A stretch of 33,608 nucleotides of DNA from Terriglobales bacterium (GTDB lineage Bacteria; Acidobacteriota; Terriglobia; Terriglobales; SCQP01). Position 1 is the first letter of the stretch. Every line of letters starts with the position of its first letter. Shown one piece after another: positions 1 to 10,604 of this stretch. The stretch covers positions 1 through 33,608 of the forward strand of contig JBOGKL010000312.1 of the NCBI GenBank assembly GCA_050745525.1. The letters are read 5' to 3'. The notes under the pieces are model-generated. The model was not told where the DNA came from, made no database searches, and saw nothing but the letters and a program-made list of their open reading frames with translations. The position numbers and the translations under genes are program-made.

Positions 1-22
1 GCTTCGCCGCGCGGCCCGCTCT

Positions 23-908
23 CTAAGGCCGAGGGGCCGCTGCGCGCTCAGGCGCCACTGGCGCCTGAGCCCCTTCGCCCCGGCTCCGCTGCCCCGCCGG
101 CGGCCGCTGGGCGACCAGCACCCTTTCCCATCCCAAGGCATCGCGCCGGGTCTCTACCTGGGTCCAACCGCCGCCCTCCACATATCCGCGCACGTGCGCG
201 GCGGAGGCATAGCCCAGCTCGAGCACCAGCCAGCCGCCGGCTCTGAGCCGCGCGCGCGCTTGCGGGATCAAGCGGGCGTAGATCTCATCCCCCGACGGGC
301 CGGCCACCAAGGCCAGGCGCGGTTCGTGCTCACGCACCTCACGTGCCAGCGACGCCACTTCGGCCTCGGCCACATAGGGAGGGTTGGAGACAATCACATC
401 GAAAGGCCCGGAGAGCCCCGTCGTCAGGTCGGTCTGCAGGAACTCGACCCGCGCGCCCAGGAACTGCGCGTTCGCGGCGGCGATGGCCAGGGCGGCAGCG
501 GAGACGTCAGTGGCCACGACGCGCGCTTGCGGCCGCTCGCGCGCCAGGGTCACGGCAATGCATCCGGACCCGGTGCCCACGTCGAGCAGGCGTAATGCCT
601 CGCCCGGCGCCACGTGCTCCAGCGCCGCCGCGACCACGAGTTCGGTCTCCGGCCGCGGAATGAGCACCCCCGGCGCGACCGTAAACGGCCGGCCATAGAA
701 CTCCTGCACGCCGGTCAGGTACTGCAGCGGCGTGCCCGCGGCCCGCGCCTGAATCGCCGTGCGTGCGCGCGCCGCCTCGGCCGGCGCCAACTCCTCTTCC
801 GGATGCGCATACAAGTAGCTGCGCTCCTGCCCGATGGTGGCGGCCAGCAGAACCTCGGCCGTGAGCCGCGGCTCGTCCACACCCGCCTGCTGCAGCGCCT
901 CCGCCGCC

Positions 909-937
<29 letters not shown>
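23..937 (-). CDS. prmC: peptide chain release factor N5-glutamine methyltransferase (PrmC/HemK)
   Basis: ATG at 935-937 gives [19 protein letters not shown]... SAM-binding [12 protein letters not shown] and catalytic VSNPPY motif are present. The ORF-track extension 938..1294 is R/P-rich and lies over mtnA, so it was trimmed. Confidence 0.85.
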
Positions 938-1972
<1,035 letters not shown>

Positions 1973-1976
<4 letters not shown>

Positions 1977-2596
1977 GGCCGCGAGGCCTCGGCCACGGTG
2001 TTACCGCCGCGCAGCAGCTCCTTGTGTGCGGCGCGCACCTCGAGCGCGCCGAACAGCGCCGCGAACGGACAGTTGCGGCCGCGATGCGCGCGCCAGAGCT
2101 GGTTCAAGTTGTTGCGCCCTCCGGCTTCTTCGCGCTCGATGAGGCAGCGCACGGCCACAACATCCAGTCCCTCCGCCCATGCCACTTCGACCGCCTGAAT
2201 GGTCGAGGCCGCCGTCGTGCAGACATCATCCACGATCGCCACGCGCATCCCGGCTTGAATCTTGCCCTCGATCCGGCGTCCCATCCCGTGCGCTTTTTCG
2301 CTCTTGCGCACGAGAAACCCCGTGATCGGGTGTTCCGTGCGGGCGCTCCCGATGGCCACGCCGACGACGATGGGATCGGCGCCCAGCGTCAACCCGCCCA
2401 CCGCCTCCACCGGCTCTTCGAGCTGGCTGAGATCTTCGAGGAACAACCGCGCCGTCAGCAGACCGCCCAGCGGCGAGAGCGTGGTCGTGCGGCAATCGAC
2501 GTAATAGTCGCTCGTACCGCCGCTCGACAGCCGGAACTCGCCCAGCCGGAACGAATCCCGCGCCAGCAGGTCCAGAAGCTGTAAGCGTACGTCCAT
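1973..2596 (-). CDS. pyrE: orotate phosphoribosyltransferase
   Basis: [19 protein letters not shown]-terminal signature and PRPP-binding loop [14 protein letters not shown]. Strong SD (AGGAGGAGC) lies directly upstream of the ATG at 2596. Confidence 0.85.
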
Positions 2597-2620
2597 GCTC
2601 CTCCTAGTTTAGCGGCCGGA

Positions 2621-3655
2621 TCAATGTGGCAGGTGATGGAAGCCGCGCGAAGAGATGAATTCGGCCGCAAACAGCACGCCGTTATAAGCGCAGTGCATGA
2701 GCCAGCTTGGTAGGAGCGACCCGCTGCGCGCGCGTACCACGGTGAGTACAATGCCCACCAGCACCAGGATCAGCACCGCGCCCCAAGCCCATCCCAGTTG
2801 CGCCGCGTGCATCAGGCCGAACAACAAGCCGGTGACAAAGATGGCCAGCGCTTCGCCGCGATGCAGGCGTGCCATCTGGTTGAGTATCCAGCCCACGCCA
2901 CGGATCGGCCACTGCGGCATGGCCAGAAAGACCAGCAGGATGGCGCCCAAGATGTATTGGGTGGGGCCGATGGTGCCCAATACCAGCTCGTACTCGCGCA
3001 ATCCCCAAATCACCACGGCGAGCACCCCCAGCCCCATGAGCACGCGCACCAGCGGACGCCAGGCGCGCAGCTCCTCCGGCTTGACGCCGAGGCTGAACGT
3101 GGCGCGCAAGGTGGGGTAGAGAAGGCCGCGGAAGAAAAACTCCTCAAAGAAAGGCGCGATGATCACCCCGTAGAGCGCCAGCATCCACACCGTGTGCGGC
3201 GTGAACAGACGCTCCTCGGGCGTGTTCTTCGGCATGGGCACGACATGTCCCAGCGCCTGCACCACGATCATCAGCCCCACGCCGCCCAACAGCGCCAGCC
3301 CCACGCCCTCGGCGCCGATCTTGCGCCAGTGGATGGCCTGCCAGAAGCGCCGCCCCTGCGCTTGGTCAATCCAGAGCCAGGCGAAGCCGAACCCGAGGAT
3401 GAAGCCGCCCGTCTGCCCGAGCAGCATCATGCCCACAATGGCCTGCTCGCGCGGCAGGTGCAGATGTCCGGTGGCGCGCATCACGATGGCCCACATGAAA
3501 ACGGCGATCGCCGACACCACGAGCATGGCGGCGATGGTGAAGATGACGATGAAGGCGAGTTCCAGGCCGCTCCACGCGGGCTCGCGTGGTGGCGGCGCAG
3601 GAGGCGGCGCGGCATCGGGAGCCGGCCAAATCGGGAGCATGGGCGGGGCGTCCAA
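2621..3655 (-). CDS. CPBP-family (CAAX) intramembrane glutamic endopeptidase
   Basis: Polytopic membrane protein with FFEEFFFRGLLY (EExxxR), FGLMHAAQ and LMHCAYNGV motifs. The ORF-track start at 3655 is a TTG; an in-frame ATG at 3640 (MLPIWPAP...) is an equally good start. Confidence 0.75.
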   Translation of the reverse strand: MDAPPMLPIWPAPDAAPPPAPPPREPAWSGLELAFIVIFTIAAMLVVSAIAVFMWAIVMRATGHLHLPREQAIVGMMLLGQTGGFILGFGFAWLWIDQAQGRRFWQAIHWRKIGAEGVGLALLGGVGLMIVVQALGHVVPMPKNTPEERLFTPHTVWMLALYGVIIAPFFEEFFFRGLLYPTLRATFSLGVKPEELRAWRPLVRVLMGLGVLAVVIWGLREYELVLGTIGPTQYILGAILLVFLAMPQWPIRGVGWILNQMARLHRGEALAIFVTGLLFGLMHAAQLGWAWGAVLILVLVGIVLTVVRARSGSLLPSWLMHCAYNGVLFAAEFISSRGFHHLPH

Positions 3656-3686
3656 GCGACAAGTTTACAGTACGGAGGCGTCTTCT

Positions 3687-3758
3687 CAGGCCGCCGCGGG
3701 CATTCCCGGTCAGGCGGCCGCGGGCGCTCCCGGCCAGGCGGCCGCGGGCGCTCCGCTC
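3687..3758. repeat. 3 x 24-bp tandem repeat (caggcggccgcgggcgctcccggc consensus) spanning the stop codon of the SDR gene
   Basis: Copies read directly at 3687-3710, 3711-3734 and 3735-3758. On the minus strand they encode the tail ...[15 protein letters not shown]. Confidence 0.8.
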
Positions 3759-4783
3759 AGTTCCGCCACCATCTCGTCGAGAATCCGGGCCAGCGGGTAG
3801 AGGATCTGCCAGCGGGGGTAATGTGCGTGCAGCTTGCGCAAATCGGTGATGTAGCAAATATGATCCCCGCGGCGGGGCTCGTCGCGGTAGCTGGTCTGCA
3901 GCACAAAGCCGCGCTCCCGCAGCGCTGCCAGGGTTTCCAGTATGGAAAGGCTGTTGGCACGCCCGCCACCGAGGTTGTAGACTTCCCCGGCTCGCGGCGC
4001 TTCATAAAATTCCAGAAACAACCGCGCCACGTCGGTCGCATGGATCTGATCGCGCACCTGCTTGCCCTGGTAGCCGAAAACCGTGTACGGCTCCCCGCGC
4101 ACGGCACAGCGGACGATGTAGTTCAAATAGCCGTGCAGCTCGACACCCGCGTGCTGTGGGCCGGTCAGGCAGCCGCCGCGAAAGATGCCGATGGGCATGC
4201 CGAAATAGCGTCCATATTCCTGGCACAGCACATCGGCGGCCAGCTTGGAGGCGCCAAACAGCGAGTGCAGGCACTGGTCCACCGGCATATCCTCGCCGAT
4301 GCCGTCGCGCCCGTCGGCGTAATCAAACCGCGCCGCCAACTCGCGCATGGGCAAGTGGTTGGGACGGTCGCCGTAGACCTTGTTGGTGCTGGTGAAGCAG
4401 AGCACGGCCTCGGGCGCATGTTCGCGCAAGGCCAGCAGCAGGTTGAGCGTGCCCACGGCGTTGACGTCAAAATCTTCGGCCGGAATGGCGGCGGCGCGGT
4501 CGTGCGAGGGCTGTGCCGCGGCGTGGATCACCAAGCCGGGCCGGAGCCCGGCCATCAGAGCGCGCACCCCGGCGCGATCGCGCAGGTCCAGCGAGCTGGA
4601 GGTGAACCGTGGCCAGCTCGCCGCCAAGTCGCGCATTACCGGAGCCGTCGAGCCGCCAGAACCAAAAAACCATGCGCGCAGATCGTTATCCACGCCGGTC
4701 ACGGCCCAGCCCTGGGCGCATAGCTGGCTGACGCAGGCCGAGCCAATCAGCCCCCCTGCGCCGGTCACCAGAGCCGCTTTCAC
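3710..4783 (-). CDS. NAD-dependent epimerase/dehydratase (extended SDR, CDP-paratose/tyvelose 2-epimerase-like)
   Basis: Rossmann motif [27 protein letters not shown] and [15 protein letters not shown] start shares GTGA with the uvrA stop. Confidence 0.8.
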   Translation of the reverse strand: MKAALVTGAGGLIGSACVSQLCAQGWAVTGVDNDLRAWFFGSGGSTAPVMRDLAASWPRFTSSSLDLRDRAGVRALMAGLRPGLVIHAAAQPSHDRAAAIPAEDFDVNAVGTLNLLLALREHAPEAVLCFTSTNKVYGDRPNHLPMRELAARFDYADGRDGIGEDMPVDQCLHSLFGASKLAADVLCQEYGRYFGMPIGIFRGGCLTGPQHAGVELHGYLNYIVRCAVRGEPYTVFGYQGKQVRDQIHATDVARLFLEFYEAPRAGEVYNLGGGRANSLSILETLAALRERGFVLQTSYRDEPRRGDHICYITDLRKLHAHYPRWQILYPLARILDEMVAELSGAPAAAWPGAPAAA

Positions 4784-7644
4784 CTCTGCTTTGATCCCCT
4801 ACGCCCAACTGCGAGTTGCCCGGCGTCGCCGTTGCCAGCGGCAAGCAAGGCCTGTCCGGTCAGGCTCGCCCGCGTCGCCGCCACCTGTTCGGGCGTGCCT
4901 TCGGCCACCAGGCGTCCGCCCCCAGCTCCGCCTTCCGGACCTAAATCAATGACCCAATCGGCGGCCCAGATCACATCCAGGTTGTGCTCGATCACCAGCA
5001 CCGTGTTGCCCAGCGAGACGAGAGCATCCAGCACCTTCAGCAACTGCTTCACGTCCTCAAAGTGCAACCCCGTCGTCGGTTCATCCAGCAGGTAGAGCGT
5101 GCGCCCGGTCTGGCGCCGGCTGAGCTCGCGCGCCAGCTTCACCCGCTGCGCCTCCCCGCCCGACAGGGTTGTGGCACTTTGGCCCAGGTGGATGTATCCC
5201 AGCCCGACTTCCGCCAGCGTCGCCAGCTTGCTGGCCACGGCGGGCACGTTGGCGAACAGCTCCCGCGCCTCCTCCACCGGCATCTCCAGCACGTCGGCGA
5301 TCGAGTGTTCTTTGAACTTCACCGCCAGCGTTTCCTGGTTGAAACGGCGTCCGCGGCACACCTCGCAGCGCACGTGGACGTCGGGCAGAAAGTTCATGAC
5401 CACGCGCTTCTGCCCCTCGCCCCCGCAGGCTTCGCAGCGTCCGCCGCGGACGTTGAAGCTGAAGCGCCCGACCTTGTAACCGCGCGCCCGCGCCTCGGGC
5501 AATTGCGCGTAGAGGTCGCGGATCGGCGCATAGAGGCCGCTGTAGGTAGCCGGGTTCGAGCGCGGCGTGCGGCCGATGGCGTCCTGATCCACGCGTACGA
5601 CCTTGTCGAACTGCTCCATCCCGTCGATGCGATCGTGCTCGCCGGGCGTGGCCAGCGAGCGAAAGTAGCGGTGCGCGAGGGCGGGATAGAGAATGTCGTT
5701 GATCAGCGTGGACTTGCCGGCGCCGGAGACCCCGGTCACGACGTTCAGCACGCCGGCGGGAATGAACACGTCGAGATCCTGCAGGTTGCGTGCGCGCGCA
5801 CCCGCGATGCGCAGCCCGGCGCCGGCCCGCACCGGGCGGCGCGTGGGCGCGGCGGCGCCGACCGTTTTTCGTCCCGCCAGATACGCCCCGGTAAGCGAGG
5901 CCGGCGTCGAGGCAATCTCGGCCGGTGTGCCGCTGGCGATCAGTTCGCCGCCCAGGCGGCCCGCGCCCGGACCCAAGTCCAGCACGTAGTCGGCCTGGGC
6001 AATCGTCTCCCGGTCGTGCTCGACCACCAGCACGGTGTTGCCCAAATCGCGCAGTTGCACGAGGGCCTGCAGCAGCCGTCCGTTGTCGCGCGGGTGCAGA
6101 CCGATCGAGGGTTCATCGAGCACGTAGAGCACGCCGCGCAGTCGCGAACCGATCTGGCTGGCCAGGCGGATGCGCTGTGCCTCACCTCCGGCCAGCGTGG
6201 CCGCGGGCCGGTCAAGCGTCAGGTATCCCAGTCCGACCTCGAGCAGAAATCCCAGCCGCTCGCGCACTTCGGAAATCAAGCGTCCCGCGATTTTCCTCTG
6301 CCGTGGCTGGGCCGTGATGGCCTTCTCCAGCGCCCCGGCGACGGCGAGCGCCTCCTCGAGAGGCAGGGCGGTGAACCCGGCGATGTTACGCCCTTGCAGA
6401 GTGACCGCCAGGCTTTCCGGCCGCAGGCGCTGGCCCTGGCAGGCCGGGCACGTCTCCGCCGTCATAAACCCCTGCAGCCACTCGCGCACCGCTTCCATGC
6501 TGGCGTCCTCCAGCATCTCGTGCAGATGGCCGATCACGCCGCCGAACTCGCCCGCGCCGCGCAGCAGCTCCTTCTGTTGGTGGGCGCTGAGTGCGCGAAA
6601 CGGCCGCTCCAGCGGAATGCGGCGGCTGGCCGCGAAGGCGGTGATCCGCTCGCGGAACCCGCGCGCGCTCGCCCCCGGACCCAAGCCGCCCTCCAGCAGC
6701 GGCTTGTCCGGATGCACCAAAAACTTTGCCGGATCAAATTCGTACTGCGAGCCCAGCCCTTCGCAGCGCTCGCACGCCCCATAACGGCTGTTGAAGGAGA
6801 ACGACCGCGGCTCCAGCTTGGCCAGCCCGATCCCGCATTCCGGGCAGGCCCAGCGCTCGGAAAACAGCCGCTCCTCGCCCGCTTCCGTATCGGCGCCCCC
6901 GTGCAGGCGCACAATCACCACCAGCCCCTCGGCCATCCCCAGCGCCGTGGCCACGGAATTCCGCAAGCGCGCCGCCAACCCTGGGCGGCCCGACAGGCGA
7001 TCCACGATCACTTCGATCGTATGGGCGCGGCGCCGGTCGAGACGCTCCGAGCCGAGCCCATCCTCGTCCAGGTGGTGCATCGCCCCGTCAATCCGCACGC
7101 GGGTGAAGCCTTTGGCCGGCAGCGCCGCCAGCTCCTCGCGGAATTCGCCTTTGCGTCCGCGCGCGATCGGCGCCAGCACCATGATGCGCGCGGCCGCGGC
7201 GCCCTCGCCCGCCCAGTCCAGCACCGTAGCCACGATCTGATCGGCCGATTGGCGCACGATGGCGCGGCCGCAGCGCGGACAACGCGGCTCTCCGATCGAA
7301 GCCCACAGCAGGCGTAAATAATCGTAGATCTCGGTGATGGTCCCGACGGTCGAGCGCGGGCTGCGGCCCGTGGTTTTCTGCTCGATGGCGATGGCCGGAC
7401 TCAAGCCCTCGATGGCGTCCACGTCGGGCCGTTCCAGTTGGTCGAGGAACTGGCGCGCGTAGGCCGAGAGCGTCTCGACGTACCGCCGTTGCCCTTCGGC
7501 GTAAAGAGTGTCAAAAGCGAGACTGCTTTTGCCCGATCCGCTCGGCCCCGTGATCACCGTAAAGGCGTGGCGCGGGATGCGCACGGAAATATTTTTCAGG
7601 TTGTGCTCCCGCGCCCCGGTGACGCGGATCTCGTCAATAGCCAT
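4780..7644 (-). CDS. uvrA: excinuclease ABC subunit A
   Basis: 954 aa. N-terminus is [50 protein letters not shown]. Two ABC modules (second Walker [10 protein letters not shown]; LSGGE signatures twice) and Zn-finger cysteines CPRCGR, CPECG and CEACGGEG. Confidence 0.97.
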   Translation of the reverse strand: MAIDEIRVTGAREHNLKNISVRIPRHAFTVITGPSGSGKSSLAFDTLYAEGQRRYVETLSAYARQFLDQLERPDVDAIEGLSPAIAIEQKTTGRSPRSTVGTITEIYDYLRLLWASIGEPRCPRCGRAIVRQSADQIVATVLDWAGEGAAAARIMVLAPIARGRKGEFREELAALPAKGFTRVRIDGAMHHLDEDGLGSERLDRRRAHTIEVIVDRLSGRPGLAARLRNSVATALGMAEGLVVIVRLHGGADTEAGEERLFSERWACPECGIGLAKLEPRSFSFNSRYGACERCEGLGSQYEFDPAKFLVHPDKPLLEGGLGPGASARGFRERITAFAASRRIPLERPFRALSAHQQKELLRGAGEFGGVIGHLHEMLEDASMEAVREWLQGFMTAETCPACQGQRLRPESLAVTLQGRNIAGFTALPLEEALAVAGALEKAITAQPRQRKIAGRLISEVRERLGFLLEVGLGYLTLDRPAATLAGGEAQRIRLASQIGSRLRGVLYVLDEPSIGLHPRDNGRLLQALVQLRDLGNTVLVVEHDRETIAQADYVLDLGPGAGRLGGELIASGTPAEIASTPASLTGAYLAGRKTVGAAAPTRRPVRAGAGLRIAGARARNLQDLDVFIPAGVLNVVTGVSGAGKSTLINDILYPALAHRYFRSLATPGEHDRIDGMEQFDKVVRVDQDAIGRTPRSNPATYSGLYAPIRDLYAQLPEARARGYKVGRFSFNVRGGRCEACGGEGQKRVVMNFLPDVHVRCEVCRGRRFNQETLAVKFKEHSIADVLEMPVEEARELFANVPAVASKLATLAEVGLGYIHLGQSATTLSGGEAQRVKLARELSRRQTGRTLYLLDEPTTGLHFEDVKQLLKVLDALVSLGNTVLVIEHNLDVIWAADWVIDLGPEGGAGGGRLVAEGTPEQVAATRASLTGQALLAAGNGDAGQLAVGRRGSKQR

Positions 7645-7690
7645 CGCAAACGCCCGAGCCCTCTATTGTAGCTTTGAGCTAACCTTGCTT

Positions 7691-8647
7691 ATGCGCGTGC
7701 TCGTGGCTGGCGGGGCGGGTTTCCTGGGCTCGCATTTCTGTGAACGGCTACTCGGGGAAGGGCACGAAGTCGTCTGTCTGGATAACCTGATCACCGGCAG
7801 CGAGGCCAACCTGGAAGGGCTGCGGCACGAGCCACGCTTCCATTTCGAGCGCCACGACATCTGCGAGCCTTTGCCGGCGCTGGGCCGGCTCGATGCCGTC
7901 GCCAACTTCGCCTCGCCCGCTTCGCCCGTGGATTTCGCGCGGCTGCGTCTGGAGATCCTGCGCGTCGGCAGCCTGGGCACGTGGAACTGCCTGGAGCTGG
8001 CGCGCGCGCACGGCGCCCGCTTCCTCATCACGTGTACGTCGGAGGCCTACGGCGACCCGCTCGTGCATCCGCAAACGGAGGACTACCGGGGCAACGTCAA
8101 CCCGGTGGGGCCGCGCTCCTGCTACGACGAAAGCAAGCGCTTCTCCGAGGCCTTGACCATGGCCTTTCACCGCACCCACGGCCTGCCCACGCGCATTGCC
8201 CGCATCTTCAACACCTACGGTCCGCGCATGCGCCTCGACGATGGCCGCGTGGTTCCCTCGCTGGTGGCGCAGGCGCTGCGGGGCGAGCCGCTGACCGTGT
8301 ACGGCGACGGCTCGCAAACGCGCAGCTTCTGCTACGTGGATGACCAGATCGAGGGGCTGCGCCGCCTGCTGGATTGCGACGACCCTTACCCGGTGAACAT
8401 CGGCAATCCGGTGGAAACGCCCATCCTCGACTTTGCGCGCGTGGTGGCGCGGCTCACCGGCGCGCCCGCCCACATCGCCTTCGCGCCGCTGCCGGCCGAT
8501 GATCCCCGGCGCCGCTGCCCGGATATCACCCGCGCCCGGCGCCTGCTCGGCTGGGAGCCGCGTGTCGGGCTGGAGGAGGGCCTGCGCCGCACCATCGAGC
8601 ACTTCCGCGGCTTTGATTGGCGCGGGTCGCTCGGCGGCGCCGAGTGA
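7691..8647 (+). CDS. UDP-glucuronate decarboxylase (UXS-type extended SDR)
   Basis: ATG at 7691 gives [21 protein letters not shown]. Also [40 protein letters not shown] and IFNTYGPRM. The track extension 7508..7690 overlaps uvrA and was rejected. Confidence 0.85.
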   Translation: MRVLVAGGAGFLGSHFCERLLGEGHEVVCLDNLITGSEANLEGLRHEPRFHFERHDICEPLPALGRLDAVANFASPASPVDFARLRLEILRVGSLGTWNCLELARAHGARFLITCTSEAYGDPLVHPQTEDYRGNVNPVGPRSCYDESKRFSEALTMAFHRTHGLPTRIARIFNTYGPRMRLDDGRVVPSLVAQALRGEPLTVYGDGSQTRSFCYVDDQIEGLRRLLDCDDPYPVNIGNPVETPILDFARVVARLTGAPAHIAFAPLPADDPRRRCPDITRARRLLGWEPRVGLEEGLRRTIEHFRGFDWRGSLGGAE

Positions 8648-8744
8648 CCCGCTTAAGACGCGGCCGGGCCGGGGCCCCGGCCCCCAGCCCGGTCGCGTCC
8701 GGTTCGCACCGCGGCTACCCGCTAAATACATCACGCCTTGCCTC

Positions 8745-8791
8745 CACGGGCATGGAATCCTCCATCCCGGTGTGATCTTTTTCTTTTTTTT
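8745..8791 (+). terminator. candidate intrinsic terminator downstream of the UXS gene
   Basis: Imperfect 11-bp stem (8745-8756 pairing with 8761-8772, two bulges, loop atcc), then a 5-nt spacer and tttttctttttttt (8778-8791). This is the only long T-tract seen in this GC-rich window. An 18-nt perfect GC palindrome gggccggggccccggccc lies at 8666-8683. Confidence 0.4.
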
Positions 8792-8847
8792 CGTAACCGC
8801 GGGCGGAGTGGATTCGTCTATACTGTGTTTTCCGGGAGGAATGGCGA

Positions 8848-9846
8848 GTGCTTGCGGTCCGCAATCTGAGCAAACAGTACGGTCACTTTCACGCGGTACG
8901 CAACATCAGCTTTCACGCCAACGAGGGCGAGGTGGTGGGCTTTCTCGGCCCCAACGGGGCGGGGAAGACCACGACCATGCGCATGATCACGGGCTTCCTG
9001 CCCATCAGCGCGGGCGAGGTGAGCGTGGACGGCATCAGCGTCCGCTCCGGCGCCCTGGAAGCCAAACGCCGCATCGGCTATTTGCCCGAGTTGCCGCCCG
9101 TCTACCCGGAGCTGACCGTGGACGAATACCTGAGCTTCATCGGCCGCCTGCGCCAAATCAAATCCAGTCAACGCAAGGATGCCATCGCCCGCGCCTGCCA
9201 GAAGACGGCGCTCACCGACGTGCGCTACCGCGCCATCGGGCACCTGTCCAAGGGCTACCGCCAGCGCGTGGGCATTGCCCAGGCCATCCTGCACGATCCG
9301 CCGCTGCTGATCCTCGATGAGCCCACGGCGGGCCTGGACCCGCGCCAGATTCTCGAAACCCGCCAGCTCATCGGCGAACTCGCCGGCAAGCACACCATCA
9401 TTCTCAGCACCCATATCCTGTCGGAGGCGGCCAAGACCTGCCATCGCGTCGTGGTCATCCACAAGGGCAAGCTCGTGGCCGAGGATACGCCGGAAAATCT
9501 CACCCGCCGCCTCAAGCCCTCCGACTCGCTGACGCTGCACGTGCGTGGCCCGGTGGCGGACGTGACCGCCGCCGTGCGCGCCCTCCCCGGCGTGCTGCAG
9601 GCCGAGCACGACAGCGATCGTGACGGTGTGGGCGAGTGGCGCCTCGAGGTCAGCGGCGCGCCGGTGCGCGAGGCCATTGCCCGCTGCGTGGTGGAAAAGG
9701 GCTGGGGCCTGCTCCAGCTCAGCCCCCTCGACCTGAGCTTGGAAGAAATCTTCCTGTCCCTGACCGCGGCGCCGGCCCCGGCTCCGCCCCCATCCGGAGC
9801 CCCGCCGGACGCCCCAACAGCCAAGCAACCGGAGGTGTCGGCATGA
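8848..9846 (+). CDS. ABC transporter ATP-binding protein (ABC-2 / GldA-like)
   Basis: GTG start 8848 preceded by GGGAGGA. Walker A GPNGAGKTT, signature LSKGYRQR, Walker B LLILDEPTAGLD. Confidence 0.9.
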   Translation: MLAVRNLSKQYGHFHAVRNISFHANEGEVVGFLGPNGAGKTTTMRMITGFLPISAGEVSVDGISVRSGALEAKRRIGYLPELPPVYPELTVDEYLSFIGRLRQIKSSQRKDAIARACQKTALTDVRYRAIGHLSKGYRQRVGIAQAILHDPPLLILDEPTAGLDPRQILETRQLIGELAGKHTIILSTHILSEAAKTCHRVVVIHKGKLVAEDTPENLTRRLKPSDSLTLHVRGPVADVTAAVRALPGVLQAEHDSDRDGVGEWRLEVSGAPVREAIARCVVEKGWGLLQLSPLDLSLEEIFLSLTAAPAPAPPPSGAPPDAPTAKQPEVSA

Positions 9847-10598
9847 GCGCCATGTGGGCCATCATGCGCAAGGAATGGAAGACCTATTTCACCGGTCCCA
9901 TCGCCTACGTCGTGCTGGCGCTGTTTGCCCTGGTGACCGCGTTTTTCTTCTACAGCATGCTCGCCGTTTTCGTGGTGCAGAGCCTGGGCGGGGGGCAGTT
10001 TGGCGCCGCCCAGCCCAACGTCAACCTGCAAGTTCTCGCGCCGCTCACCTTTGACATCGGCATCACGCTGCTGTTCCTGCTGCCCATGCTCACCATGCGG
10101 CTGTACTCGGAGGAGATGAGCCGCGGAACCATGGAGCTGCTCAAAACTGCCCCTATCCGCCGCATGGATATCATCCTGGGCAAGTTCTTCGCCGCGCTCG
10201 GACTGTTGATCCTGCTGCTGATCATCGGCGGTTTTTACGTCGCCGCCATCGCCCATTACGGCAAGCCCGATCTGCTCACCGCCGGCGCCAACTTCCTCGG
10301 CCTGCTGCTGCTCGGCGCCGCGCTGCTCTCCATCGGCATGCTGATCTCCAGCTTCACCAAAAACCAGATCGTGGCCGGCGCCATCACCTTCATGCTGTTT
10401 CTGCTGCTCTGGGTCGCCGACTGGGTGACCGCCTACGGCAGCAGCGCCGTCTCGCACATCGTGGCTTATCTGTCCGTCACCTCGCATCTGCAGAACTTCA
10501 CGCAGGGCATTGTGGACGTCAAAGACATCATCTATTACCTCAGCCTCATCGTGGCCGGGCTCTTCCTCACCGCCCGGCGCATGGAGCTGGCCGAGTAA
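9843..10598 (+). CDS. ABC-2 type transporter permease (GldF-like)
   Basis: ATG at 9843 overlaps the upstream stop (ATGA). MSAMWAIMRKEWKTYFTGPIAYVVLALF... with about 6 predicted TM helices. The track extension 9636..9842 was rejected. Confidence 0.8.
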   Translation: MSAMWAIMRKEWKTYFTGPIAYVVLALFALVTAFFFYSMLAVFVVQSLGGGQFGAAQPNVNLQVLAPLTFDIGITLLFLLPMLTMRLYSEEMSRGTMELLKTAPIRRMDIILGKFFAALGLLILLLIIGGFYVAAIAHYGKPDLLTAGANFLGLLLLGAALLSIGMLISSFTKNQIVAGAITFMLFLLLWVADWVTAYGSSAVSHIVAYLSVTSHLQNFTQGIVDVKDIIYYLSLIVAGLFLTARRMELAE

Positions 10599-10604
10599 GC
10601 GGGC

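Noticed and set aside
3687-3758. Checked whether the 24-bp tandem repeat could be a tiny CRISPR array.
   Set aside because: The units are directly adjacent with no spacers, there are only three copies, no cas genes are nearby, and the repeat lies within a coding 3' end.
2798-4723. 641-aa plus-strand ORF. The same applies to the other very long ORFs antisense to confident genes: 4984..7317, 7748..8734, 8818..9828, 9255..10619, 10632..11918, 13261..14859, 16086..17273, 18525..20138, 20749..21819, 21877..22956, 24113..25738, 27755..28651, 29090..30019 and 31206..32531.
   Set aside because: Their translations are dominated by R/G/A/P/H/Q runs with no recognisable motifs. Each lies opposite a gene with clear family signatures. 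Long stop-free antisense frames are expected in DNA this GC-rich.
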